Assembly: GCF_000315625.1 (NCBI RefSeq)
Contig: NW_005434658.1
Span: 215,482-275,241 of the forward strand
Origin: Guillardia theta CCMP2712
Taxonomy: Eukaryota > Protista > Cryptophyta
Direction: 5' to 3'
Length of the DNA stretch: 59,760 nucleotides
Position numbers and translations under genes: made by a program. This document shows positions 39,296 through 50,998 of this stretch, piece by piece. Each line of letters starts with the position of its first letter. The stretch's first letter is position 1. The notes beneath the pieces are model-generated. The model had not been told where the DNA came from and did no database searches. It saw only the letters and a program-made list of their open reading frames with translations.

Positions 39296-39481
39296 GTACC
39301 GGCGATCAGTACTGATAATTGAGTAAATTACATATATATGCGGTACACTTATTTGTACCAGTTACTCTCTTTAATATTAATATATATAGAATTCTCTCCT
39401 TTTTTTTTGACTTAGTGAAAGAATCTTGAAGCGCCCTGCGAGATCCAGTCCTTGTATTCACCAATCGCGCGCGCATCAACC

Positions 39482-40522
39482 ATGCAGCAACCTATGCAGG
39501 CTGAAGATCCCCACGGCGCTCCACTACGTGTTGGAGCAGGCGATGAAGAACCTAATGCAGTAGGCGTGGGAGAGCCATCTGAACTGTCCCATGCGGCCAT
39601 GCAATTCAAGGGGGATGGGGAACAGCGCATGGTAGAGATCATCAAATGTGTCATGCAATACAACGATGGTGCCATATTTGAATGGGGGAAGAAGGAGAAG
39701 ACGCTGAAGGAGGCTCAGGAGGCGCTCAACGGGCATCCTGTGTTTGCAGGGCAGCTGAAGTTGAACACCTTGAAGGACAAATGGCGCAAGATTGAGAAAC
39801 AAGCTGAGGAAATCGCTAACGGAGGTGAGGAAAAATGGGTGAAGCTGTGGCAGAATGGTGGCGGGGAACTTTCAGAGATGCACCAGCTCATGCTCGATCT
39901 GGCCGGCCGGATGAAGGCTATGAAAGACCGGAAGGAGAGGGAGAAGAGGGATGCTCAGGATGAGGAGAATGACGCCAGGGAGAGGCTACAGGGTGCTATG
40001 GAGACCACCGCTAAACGTTGTGGTTATAACATCGCAGCACAGACTGAGCAGTGCTTAACTCCCTCCCCCGAGCCTGCAGATCCGAGTTCCGAGGAGGATA
40101 ATTCTGTTCAGAAAACGCGCAAGAAGAATGAACAGGGAGGCAGCTATGGGCGTGGCACCTCATGCGGTCTACAGAAGCGCGCCAAGCAGGATCCAGCTCT
40201 GTATCCCAACGGGAAAGGGCCCAACCGCAAAAGCGGCAGCCCGTCCTCCGACCATGTTGCGGGCGTTCTCAGTCAGCAAGACCGCCTGTGCGATCTACTG
40301 GAGTCCTCTCAGGCAAACGACAGAGCCGTTATGGAGCAGTTTGGGAAGGCACAGGTCCTCAAGGCCGAGGCAGATATCATCAAGGCCCAGGCAGAACGAA
40401 TTAAGGCGGAAGCTACTCGCTCGCAGCGGGCGGCCGATGCGATGAACGCGTTTCTGGCTTTGCATGACAGGGGTGTGAACATCCCAGATTATCTGGTGAA
40501 GATGCTGAAAGGGAACGACTAA
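39482..40522 (+). CDS. Myb/SANT-like (trihelix) DNA-binding protein with coiled coil; accessory ORF of a PIF/Harbinger element
   Basis: Intronless 346-aa ORF with WGKKEKTLKEAQEALN...LNTLKDKWRKI. It converges on the transposase, with 15 bp between the stop codons. Confidence 0.75.
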   Translation: MQQPMQAEDPHGAPLRVGAGDEEPNAVGVGEPSELSHAAMQFKGDGEQRMVEIIKCVMQYNDGAIFEWGKKEKTLKEAQEALNGHPVFAGQLKLNTLKDKWRKIEKQAEEIANGGEEKWVKLWQNGGGELSEMHQLMLDLAGRMKAMKDRKEREKRDAQDEENDARERLQGAMETTAKRCGYNIAAQTEQCLTPSPEPADPSSEEDNSVQKTRKKNEQGGSYGRGTSCGLQKRAKQDPALYPNGKGPNRKSGSPSSDHVAGVLSQQDRLCDLLESSQANDRAVMEQFGKAQVLKAEADIIKAQAERIKAEATRSQRAADAMNAFLALHDRGVNIPDYLVKMLKGND

Positions 40523-40537
40523 CGGTAGAGGTTTTCT

Positions 40538-41863
40538 TTATTGAAACTCATCTGCCAACGACAGGTAATCCTCCACAGACACATCCAGTACCATGTGCTC
40601 CCCTTCGAAGTATGCTGTTGTCTGGTTCCCATAAAACAGAGTGTGGATGTTGAAAATGAACATCGCAAGAGGAAAGAGCTTCCCAACCTGCTGGCTCCCC
40701 AAACGCAGATTGTGTCGGTGTTGCAGCATGCCGAAGTATTGAGTTGCCTCTCCAAAGCAATTCTCAATGACAATGCGAAAGCGGCCCATAAGGGCGTTAT
40801 ACCTCCTCTCCAGGCGCGTGAGCTCCCCTTCCGCTGGAGCCTTCAAGATGTGCTGCATGAAGCGGCTAAGGGGATACGCCGAATCCCCAAAACAGCAGAA
40901 GTCCACCCCCTGCTCCTCTGACACCTCGCGCAAGGTTTCAAGAACGTCAGACCGCCGAAACATTGTTGCATCGTGTTCACAACCCCTCCAAGGCCCCCAC
41001 ACGCAGCATATCCCATTCGGGAATACACAAGCCTGATACTTCAACCCGTGCAGCCTCTCCTTTCCGGCAAACGTCTGCCTGTCATGTAGGGTCAAGTTCC
41101 AGTTAGCATCACCCCCGGGTCGGCACGTGGGCTGTAAATGACCGTCAAAAATAGCGACAAGGTTGTCATGTGGACAACCCCAACTTCGCATGTGAGCAGC
41201 AAATTGGCTAAATCGATGCCTCCAAGGCCGCATGCTTGCCAACAAGATAGCGTACCTCTTGTGCAAGATTCTGACCATGTGATTGAAAGTTTCGGAAAGA
41301 ACTGTGATGGACCCACCTAGAATATATACCAGATCGCACCACCGCGCAGGATATGACAGCCGACGCAGGAAAATCATGAAGGCTGAGTCTGCACGCACGG
41401 ATGTCCTGTGCCCTCGCTTTCCAAACTTCAACAAGATTGGTTCGTCCCCTACCATCATTGGCTGCCCGTTATCATCCTTCAAGCATCGCAGAATGCGATG
41501 AAAATGTACTTTACGAAAACGGAACTGCTGCACGAATTCCACGTGCGAGAAGGAATCTGGCGTCTTCAGTGGTCCCTGCGATCCGGTCCGCTGAAAGGGC
41601 AGATTGACGATACGGTTGTTCATGTCCATCATAGACAACAAGCACACAAGCTCCCGCACCCGACGTTTTGAACGAAACAGCCAAAACAATGCATCACCAA
41701 CCCCCATGCCAAGAAGCCGCATGCTCTGCCGTGAATGCTGCGAAATCGTGAGCATGAGAATCTGCATGATGCGCGCTGATGAGCGATTGACCACAGCCTT
41801 CTCCAAATGGTAGAGGAGGGTGCGCCTCCCATACATCCGTGGCGTGTCTCGCTGAATCGGCAT
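40538..41863 (-). CDS. PIF/Harbinger (HARBI1-like, DDE_Tnp_4) transposase, intact
   Basis: QQFRF, FLRRLSYPARWCDL, IFDGH, HGLKYQ, GPWRGCEHDATMF, FGDSAYPL and RIVIENCFG show all catalytic acidic residues. First ATG at 41863. Confidence 0.93.
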   Translation of the reverse strand: MPIQRDTPRMYGRRTLLYHLEKAVVNRSSARIMQILMLTISQHSRQSMRLLGMGVGDALFWLFRSKRRVRELVCLLSMMDMNNRIVNLPFQRTGSQGPLKTPDSFSHVEFVQQFRFRKVHFHRILRCLKDDNGQPMMVGDEPILLKFGKRGHRTSVRADSAFMIFLRRLSYPARWCDLVYILGGSITVLSETFNHMVRILHKRYAILLASMRPWRHRFSQFAAHMRSWGCPHDNLVAIFDGHLQPTCRPGGDANWNLTLHDRQTFAGKERLHGLKYQACVFPNGICCVWGPWRGCEHDATMFRRSDVLETLREVSEEQGVDFCCFGDSAYPLSRFMQHILKAPAEGELTRLERRYNALMGRFRIVIENCFGEATQYFGMLQHRHNLRLGSQQVGKLFPLAMFIFNIHTLFYGNQTTAYFEGEHMVLDVSVEDYLSLADEFQ

Positions 41864-42022
41864 GGTTGATGGGAGCAAGGGCACGGTTTGAATCTTAAAA
41901 TGTTACTATTATCTTACAACATGACTTATTAAATTGCAATACCGAACACGTTTTCTGCGCGCGTTCTGAAATCTTAAATGTGGCCCACAATTGAGAATTC
42001 AGAATTGACCTGTAATTGGCGT

Positions 42023-42034
42023 ACCGAACACGCC
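42023..42034 (-). repeat. Putative right TIR of the Harbinger element (GGCGTGTTCGGT on the minus strand), with a subterminal copy at 41940-41950
   Basis: Resembles PIF/Tourist-type GGC.TGTTCGG ends. TACCGAACACG occurs twice and is followed by TAG at the outer copy. Confidence 0.65.
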
Positions 42035-42145
42035 TAGTGGAATGGGGCTAAGAGCTCGTTAAAGGGGTACTACTGATGTTGTAACGGTTAGTTTGATTTG
42101 AAGTTACAAGGGGAGGATGGGGTGGTCTTTGTGGGCTCGCCTCAG

Positions 42146-42220
42146 AGTTGAAGTTTGAGTTTAAGTTTGAGTTTAAGGTTTAAGTTCAAGTTCAAGTTCA
42201 AAGTTCAAAGTTCAAAGTTA
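42146..42220. repeat. Degenerate (AAGTTC/AAGTTTG)n simple repeat
   Basis: Directly visible. Confidence 0.8.
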
Positions 42221-42868
42221 ATCTAGTGATTAAGGTTTAGGGTATCGGAAACAGTCACTGAGTCGAATGAGTTTTCGTTCAAGTCAAGTTTATTGAAGAT
42301 CAAAGAGATTTTTAAAGTTAAAGTTAAGGCCTGACATATGCGGACGAACGATATGTTCGTTGATCAGCAAGAAGAGGAACTTATAGAGACTGAGGATAGT
42401 ATCGGGTTGTTGCTCAGCGCGACGCACTGCGGTCAGAGTCAAAGCGATGATGGTGTAGAGCTTGGTATGCTTCTGAGTTGCGATGGTGTAGTTGAAGACG
42501 GATCTGAGAGGTTGGTCTATGGCGCAGTGAACTGAGATGAAGATATCGTTGTTGGTTGACAATGTATCGACCATGTTGTTGATGTAATCCCTTGTTGGGA
42601 CGTGGGTAGAGTTGGGGGTCTGAGTGAGGTCTTTGTCCCAGAACATGATGATCTCGATGCATCTTTTTGCGAGTCCCAGGCTTCAAGAACCAGGCTCGCG
42701 TCCGATCGCCAGGTGACCGCCTGTCAGGAGGCTATCACTCAGACCCGGGCTCCGGGAGGCTCAGTAACGTAGTAAACGGCCCCGCCGGGTTGCCTGATCG
42801 GCTGAGTGAGTTGCATAGCTGATTGGGACAGCGCAGATCTGACTAGGAAAGAAAATTGCTGTCCTACG

Positions 42869-42968
42869 NNNNNNNNNNNNNNNNNNNNNNNNNNNNNNNN
42901 NNNNNNNNNNNNNNNNNNNNNNNNNNNNNNNNNNNNNNNNNNNNNNNNNNNNNNNNNNNNNNNNNNNN
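42869..42968. other. Assembly gap (100 N)
   Basis: Run of N. Confidence 1.
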
Positions 42969-43169
42969 GGACAAGGGACCAGAGGAAGACTGGAAGCAAT
43001 TGACGAGACGAGGTCAAGAGGAGGAGGAGAGCGAGGTAGACGAGCAAGTGGCGATCAAGGAAAAGAAGAGAGGAAGGGAGGAGGGGAGCCTATCAAGGAG
43101 GGGAAGAGGAGGGTAGACGAGTTAGGAAGGGGGAGGAGGAGAGAAGAAGGCTGGCAAGGGGAACATCGC

Positions 43170-46100
43170 AACCTGAGAACGTCTGCCGCACGTAGACATT
43201 GATGTAACCAAGACCGGGAAGGTCAGGGACGATGAAGTTGCCTGCGCTCTCAACCACCTCCTCCCCCTCCCCACAGGACAGGTTGAGGAAGTGGTTGTAG
43301 CGGACTGACACTCTGCCGTCGACTACCTCTCCTTGCTCGACGTTGAAACCTGCGAGGAGGGAGGGAAAGTCAGGGCTCCCTTGCGCCTGCCATGTCTTAT
43401 CCTGATCTCACCGGCGGCCTGCAGCAGCGGCAGGTTGTCAAGAGAGCAGGAGATGAGCTTACAAACGACGATCCTGTCCCAGCTGCACGCGGGCGAGCAC
43501 GAGACGGGGAACGGAGACGGGAGGAACTGCCCGGTCGCGACGTTGAGAGGAAGCGCTTCAAGGGGACAAGAAAGGAGCAGGGAGGTGTTGTAACTCGAGT
43601 TGAGAAGAGGAGAGGGAGGGAGGACGAACGGCCCCAGCGCTGCCTCGTTGAAGGAGCTGAGAAACGTCCTGAGCTGCTGGGAGTATGGAGGGCAAAAAGC
43701 TGGAAGGCATTGGGTACTTGAGAACTCTCCCGTCTGCTGACAAACGTTCTCGAAGTCGCTGCTGCAGTTGCTGCTTGCCGTCGTCTGATACCCGTCAATG
43801 CATTTTCCCGCCACCCTCGATCCTATGGGGTGCTCCCTCAACGTTGCGTTCACCTGTGGGGGAGGTCAGGAGAAAGAGAAGGAGGAGGAGGAGGAGGAGC
43901 AGCAGCAGCAGCAGGAGCTCGAGGGGGAGGGAGGAAGGAGGAGAAGGATGAGAAGGAGGAGAAGGAGGAGAAGGAGGAGAAGGAGGGAGGAGATGGGAGG
44001 AGGACGGTCACAAAAAGGAGGAAGTAGATTAGGACGAGGACGAGTGAAAAGAGACAAGAGACGAGAGCGAGGGCGAGGACGGGGACAAGAGGCAACTCAC
44101 GTCCAGAAGAAGGGAGTTTGCAGGAGGAGAGTATCTGCAGGTGATGGGAACGCATCTTGGGGCCTTGCTCCACGAGCATCTGCCCTCTCCTTCTCCTCCG
44201 CACGTGACAGCAGCCGATGCGACGGTTGGGCTCGAGTCAAACCTGCTCCCTTGCCGACATGTCAAGTTCATCGTTGAACCGAAGGCAGCAGAGCTTGTGG
44301 TGCTGTTGCTGATCTCAACGAGACTGTCCAGAGTGAAGTAGGGTGGGCAGGACGGTGGCAGGCAGACTGAAGTGAAGGAGGAGACAAGTTGGAGGGTGCC
44401 ATTGTCCTGGAGTGATGGGGTCATGCCCGCGTTGGCTCAAAGGAAGAGAGGAGGGGAGCGGAGCAGAAGGAGAGAGGAGGGAAGGAGAGAGCAGAGCAGA
44501 GCAGAGCAGAGCAAAGGTTGTTGTACCTGACACATGACAGTGAATTCATCACTGCAGTTGTTCTTTGCAAACATCTCAAACTGTCTTGACACAACAAGCC
44601 CATCATTGCACTTGTACGTCACAAGATCGCCGAACAAGACATTCAGAGATCCGTTTCTTCCCACCACAGACGCGTTTGTGACCTCAACAACTGGACATTC
44701 TCTCGGCCGGCAGGGCAACGTGCTGTTGATCGAACAATCGTCCTTGCAGACCAACGCGTCCTCCACGTCAGATATGTATCCCTTCCCACAGTCCAACTTC
44801 CCTCCTAGTTCGACCAACTTGCTTGCCCTGTAGTAACTGACGTTGCATCTGATCGCGGAACACCTTGAAGCAGCGCTCCAAGTACCATCGAGGTTGCAGA
44901 CGGCGGTGAAGCTCTTGTCGCACTTACTGTTGATCCTGGAGTTCTCCTCCGACATGTACCCAGCATCGCAGACAACAGTCAGGTTCTCTCCCGATCGATA
45001 CACCTGCCTCCCGTCCGAGATGCTCCCTCGGGGTACTGCCAGATCCGAGACGTTGCAGGTGACTGGAAGGCAGCGAGGGGACGGGGGAGCGAACTGGCAG
45101 TCTTGCTGGCATGTGAGAAAGGATGAGTTCGGCGATCGAGCGGGGCAGCGTTGAGAGGAGCACGAAGAGCTGGCTGGGCGGAAGCCAGGTCTGCAGGTGA
45201 AGGCGATGACCTGTTGGAAGACTGCGGAGGCAGAGGAGGAGGAGGAGGAGGAGGAGTTGATCCATATCAAGTTGTCGTCCTGAAAGCTGAGAGAGCAGAG
45301 GACGGGAGCGCAGATCTTGTCCGCAGCCACGGAGCAGTTCCGACACCCCAGTAGCACCTGGGCATCGTCGGAGCAGGAGCTGCTGGAGTTGTTGGGACTC
45401 GTTGCTCGGTACCCTTGTGGGCAGCGGGCGTACACGCTGCCGCCGCTGGGGAGGAGAGGAGCGGGGAGGCTAGAGAGGTTCACGTGCAGAGACGGCAGGG
45501 ACAGCAGGCCGCAGGCTGTTCCCCCGCACTCGCAGGTTGGGAGGGAGCAGCCGCTCCTGTCGAACTTACCCTGGTCGTTGCAGGAGACGTTCCACTGACG
45601 GACGCAGCGGCCCTGCTGGAGGTGCTGGAGGCTAACGAGCTGACCGTCACACGTGACCTCCACTTCGTCACCGAAGAGCAGGCCGGTCAGGTTCCCTCCT
45701 CCTGTCGCCTTCACGCTGGCGTTGGGGAGAGCGGTCAGCTCCTCGCAGCTGACCCTGTAGCAGATGGAGGAGGAGGAAGAGGAGAGCGAAGACGAGGAGG
45801 AGGAGAGCGAGGAGGAGGAGTTGGTGTAGCTGCAGTCTGCCTCACAGTGGAACGTGATGGAGGAGGACGAGTCGGCGTTCCTGTCGTACAGCCTGTGCCC
45901 AAGAGGACAGGAGTATGTAACGCTCTCGTTGTAGAGGACCTCACCACTGACTGGGTCAGCCAGAACCCTTGCCTCTGCTCCAACCATCCTAACTGGCCCG
46001 CAGCTCACCCTCTTGCAGCTGGCAGCCGTCTGCAGCGAGCAGTCGACGCACTCCACAGGGTACCAGCGGGGAAGGGAGCAGGAGGAGGAGGAGGCGTTGG

Positions 46101-49100
46101 AAGCAGCAGCTCGGAAGCCTTCCTTGCAGGTGACGTTGGTCCGTCCTCTGTTGAGGAGAGGGGAGGAGAGATTGACTGTCAACGCTCCCTCATCCTCGGG
46201 GCCTCTACAGGTGGAGGCGCTGCAATTGCATGCGATAGCCTCACACGCTACCGACGGGAGCTGTCCGTCCTGACACGTCACCGTCCTCCAGGTCTGGCAG
46301 CGGGAGCCCTGGATCTGATAGCCGGGGAGACAAGAGACGTTGAGCGAGTCCCCGTGGTAGAGGGCAGCGAGCTGCGACTGATTAGAGGAGGCAAAAAGAT
46401 TCCCAAGGAAGAGTGGAGGGCATCGTATGGGCCTGCAGACGTCCGTTGACGAGGGTAGGAAGGAGCAGGTGTCACTGCAGGTGGCGGTGTAGGAGGAGGA
46501 GGAGCCTGAGGAGGAGGAAGCAGGTAAGGGATGATGAGAAATTGATCGGGCTGCTTCCTCTGTACCTCTGTCAGAGGAGAAGGCGCGGAAACCGAAGGGG
46601 CAGGATAAGGTGACAGCCTGCGCGATCGGGGCAGAGCTGGGAAACTTTTGCGAAAAGATGAGAGGAAGGATGGAGAAAGGGAGACGGGGATGGGGAAGAA
46701 GAGGAAGAAGAGGAGGAGGACGAGGAGGATGAAGAAGAGGAAGAAGGGGAGGAGGAGAAATTCACAAATGTAGAGATGAGAGAAGGAGAGAGGGAGAGAG
46801 GGAGGAGGAGGAGTTCACGAGCATAGAGAGGAGAGGGGAAGACAAAGAGGGAGGGAGCAGGAGGAGTTGGAACAACTACGGGGAAGAGAGGAGGGAAAAT
46901 CAGACAGAGGAGGAGGTAGGGAAGGAAGGAGGATATGGCACCTGATCACTCCCATTGTAGAAGCGGCAGACAGCAGGCGAGCACGCCATGTCCGTCTCAA
47001 GTTTGCAGTCGTTGCACGTGAAGTTGAACTCACGGGATGCTTGACAGGTCGGCGGAGTTGAACTGGAGACAGGAGACGCTCTGAACCCTGGATAGAGTGT
47101 GAGGAGAGCAGGAGAAAGAGGAGGATCAGAAGGAGCAGGAGGTAAAGGCAGAGGAGCAGGAGCAGGAGGTGAAGTTAGAGCAGCAGGAGGTGAAGGGAGA
47201 GGAAGAGCACCTGGCGCGCACTCGACGCGGGCGAGGGAGCCATGGCTGATGGAGATGTTGGGAGAGACATTCAGCTCTGAAGCGATCAATGAGAACATCG
47301 CAAAACAACCTCAAGAATGCTCTGAGACAACAACTAACACATGATGACTCACAAGTGATCTCAAACGCAAATCACAATGTGAAGATCATCTCAACGTTAC
47401 AGTCAAGTCCATTCCACAAATCATGTGCGAGATTATAAGAAACTCGTCGTACCTCCCGTCCTGAGCTGATACTGCCTGCATGCTCCGATGCCGCAGCCAC
47501 AATCCGAGGTTGTGATAGCAACGCAGGTCTGCAGAGCAGGTTTATCGCTGAAGTCAGCATCGTCCGTTGAGGTGAGAATTCCCGTCCTCACCTTGCTGGA
47601 AACAAACATCCCATCGTAGCACAAGGCTGTGTAATTCGTGTTGCAACTTGAAGGGCCAGGCACGTGATACCCTTGGTTGCAAGAAACAAACACCTGGAAA
47701 CGGAAGAAGATCCGTTAGAATTCTCCTGTCATCCTGCACTTGTCCGACCTCCGTGTTGTGTTGAACAAGGGAGCTGTTATTGGTTGGGATCTACAAACTT
47801 GCATGTAAGAAATTCAGGTATGATTCTCTTGTTTGACTCACAGCTTTCCCGTCTTTTATCGTCGACGAGTTGCAGAAGATAGGAAGACAAGCCTGAGTCA
47901 CGTTGAACTGACAAGTAGACGTGCACTTGACCGTCGTCTGACGAGACTGAGAGCTGCAAGGTGAACGAGTCAGAAGAACAAGAACAAGGTTTCAGACCAA
48001 AGTTTTGAGAAGGTTGGAGCAAGAATCCATAACAGGCAAATTCAAGCAAAATACAGCATGGAGGAGATTAAGAAACAATCAATCAGTGAAACAAACAAAC
48101 AAAACAGGCAGGCGGCAGGCAGTTGAAAGAGATATGTCAAGAATCACATCACGGCCTTATTTCAAAATTGATTTTCTCACCCCATTGCTCGGAATCCCTC
48201 ATCGCAGACAACAAGGATAGTCGAGTCAACAGGAACAACTCCAGCACTGTCAGAGCTAGAGTTCCTGCTCGCGCTGACTTGGTTCCTGCATGCAATCTCA
48301 CTTACTTAGCATGTCAGCAAGCACTTGGTACCATGATGGGCACGAGAGAGGGAGGCATCTGTAGTGAGGAGACCCAGTCAGGACCATCAGCAAGGTTAAG
48401 AGTCGATTATCGTTCCGGAGGAGATGACAACAAAACATGTATCATGTAGAATCATGTGCGTGAAGAGATGATGAATGGTACAAGATATCCACGATCGCAT
48501 GACATGAACAAACATGTAATGAAGATGTACCTCATTGACGTTGAGTTGTAAGAGCAATCCGAACACAACAGGCTGTAGCCTGAAGGGTCGCTGCAGGTTG
48601 CATACTTGCTCCCAGACTGAGCCGCCCGATATCCATCCTTGCACCGAACTTCCACAAGTTTTCCTGCTCCCACATGAAATCAAGTCAGTTCAGCATCTAA
48701 CCATCAATCACATCAGATTGTAACAGAAAAGAATTCTTTTGCAGGGCCAGGCAGGAGATGCAAGACCTGAGTCGACATAGGAGGGCAGAGGAAGAGCGTT
48801 GGTATCTTGATTGAAACGCTCGCAGGGGAGACCAAAACCGCAGCTGAAAGATTTTCAGGTCAGATGTAATCTCTGCATGTTGTCCCTGAAAGCAGGACAA
48901 AGAGCACGAAGGGAAGTGAGCGAGGGAAAGTTGAGGGAGGAGGGATGGACGGAGGAAGGGAGTTAATTTGTAAGGGGCAGGAGATTGAGCAGGAGCAGGA
49001 CACGACACTGACCCGCACTGGTAGGGAACACATTTTGACATCCCGACGAAAGAGCCGTTGAAACAAGAGAGGTTGAAAGTTGTCTTACAGAACCTGTTTT

Positions 49101-50998
49101 GACTTCTCACAAACTGCTCAAAAAGCAAAATGCCAGTCGTCTCCTCGTATCCATCAGCATCTCCACCATGGGATATCGATTCTCAGCTCTGCTATCCAGC
49201 AGCAAATTCTCTATCACAAGCACTTCCTTACCTAGCATCGTCCGGTCGAGCGTCAACCATATATCCGCTCTGACCAAGGGGGTAAGCCAGGGAGGAGGAG
49301 AACTAGTCAAACGTACGTTGCACTTCACGATGATTGAATCGTTGTGGTACATCTTCAGTTCTTTCGTCACCGCATCCTGCATCAGCAAGGGAAAACTCAA
49401 CGAAACATCCTAGCAACATCACACCCTCTAAAGAGATCCACTCCGATCATCCTCTCAAACGAAAGGAGCAGTGCCTCCTCTACTCTCCCTCTTCTCACAT
49501 ATTCAATCGCGCTGGATGTGTAGGACACTGCCCTCTCGATCTGGCTGTTGGCAGGCAGGACAAGAGCAGGGCACATCTTCCTGTAGCAGGTCACGTCCCT
49601 TTGAAGGTCCCAAGAGCAGTTGGAGAGGCAGGAGACTGTCAAACTCGTCTCCCCTCCCTGCCCCAGCTGAGTGCCGACCTCACAGTCAATCTTCGTCGTC
49701 TCCCCGGGATAAATGACGCCAGCCCTGGCAAGATGACCGTTGAGGATCGAGTGAGGGAAGGCAGGACAAGGGGCCCGATTGCAGCTGACTGGACTGCCGT
49801 CACCCTTGAGCCGAAAGGAGCAATCAAAACACTGTGCTGTGAAGGAGGAGACTTTGTCGCAGGTCAAACCAGATGAGGGTAGCGCGTATCCTCTGTCACA
49901 GACCACATCGACCGTCTGCCCGTACATGGGATCCTGCAACTTGCTGTACTGGGCATGGCTGAGGTTGAGAGGGGGGCAGGTCAAGGGGGAGCAAGACAAG
50001 GTACTGATAGCAGGCGTCAGCTCCGTTCTGCTCCCGTCCACCAGCGAGCAAGTGAGGGTCCTGCTCCTGACGCAGCTGAGGCCGGAGGATGACTGGAACA
50101 CAAACCCTTGAAAGCAGGATAGCGACACGGTCGACAAGTAAGGAATCGACCCTGTCACGCCTTGCTCGAACTCCATCCGAAACCCTGTCAGGTCAGGCAG
50201 CGGGCATGACAGCGGTCTGCACGCTTGAGAGTTGTTGCTGTACTGACAGGTTTCGTTGCATCTCGGCGACTTGCCGGCATCAACTCTGTCGTATCCTGCA
50301 TTGCATACGATTTCCTTGGTGCTGGTGAAGGTGGCAGGAGCAGGGTCGGTGACCGCGGCGATGATGGTTCCTTCAGCTGGTCCGCAGTCGCTGGTGAGAC
50401 ATTTCAACGAGTCGCTGCCAGCGTCGTATCGCGGGCAAGTCACAGGGACACAGTGCGTGCTCGCATCCTCAAGCTGCCCCGTCTCCGAGCAGAGCTTGGT
50501 GTATGACGTGGAGCAAGGAAAGCCGCCTGTCGGTAGGGAGGCAGAGCTCCTGTACCCCGGTTTGCAGGTGACGGTCATGGACTCGCCATAGAGCAGAGAT
50601 CGGTTCATGAGCGCGCTGTCCCCGAACGCGTCAACGAAAGGAGGACATCGAACCATCTCGCACGTCATCCCCAGCTCGAACGAGCAGCTGGACAAGCATT
50701 TGGGCACGGGCGATCCAGGCCCGGTAAGACGAAATCCTTTGTTACAAAGTAACAGAAGGCTGCTTCCAATCGGAATCACTCCGGTAGATGGAGACACAGT
50801 TCCATTCGCCAGTAAGGGAATGTTCCTGCAAACCTTAGGAGCACACCTCAAGGTTTGGAAGCTAGTGCTTGCAAACGTAGAGTTTGCTCGGCACTGCACG
50901 CTCAATCTCTCCTGCAAGCATGCGTCCGAGCTCAGAACCTCAACTGGTTGCAACAAAGCCAGGAGGCAGTAGAGCATAAGAGCATGTGAGAAAGTCAT
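43170..50998 (-). CDS. Giant secreted or cell-surface protein with many sushi/CCP-like Cys modules; multi-exon, 3' end lost in the gap
   Basis: Signal peptide MTFSHALMLYCLLALL. Recurring C-x-x-G-[FY] ... C ... G-x-[WF] ... C-x-x-x-x-C units in exons at 49480-50998, 44525-46280, 43400-43855 and others, with many N-x-S/T sequons. Confidence 0.85.
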
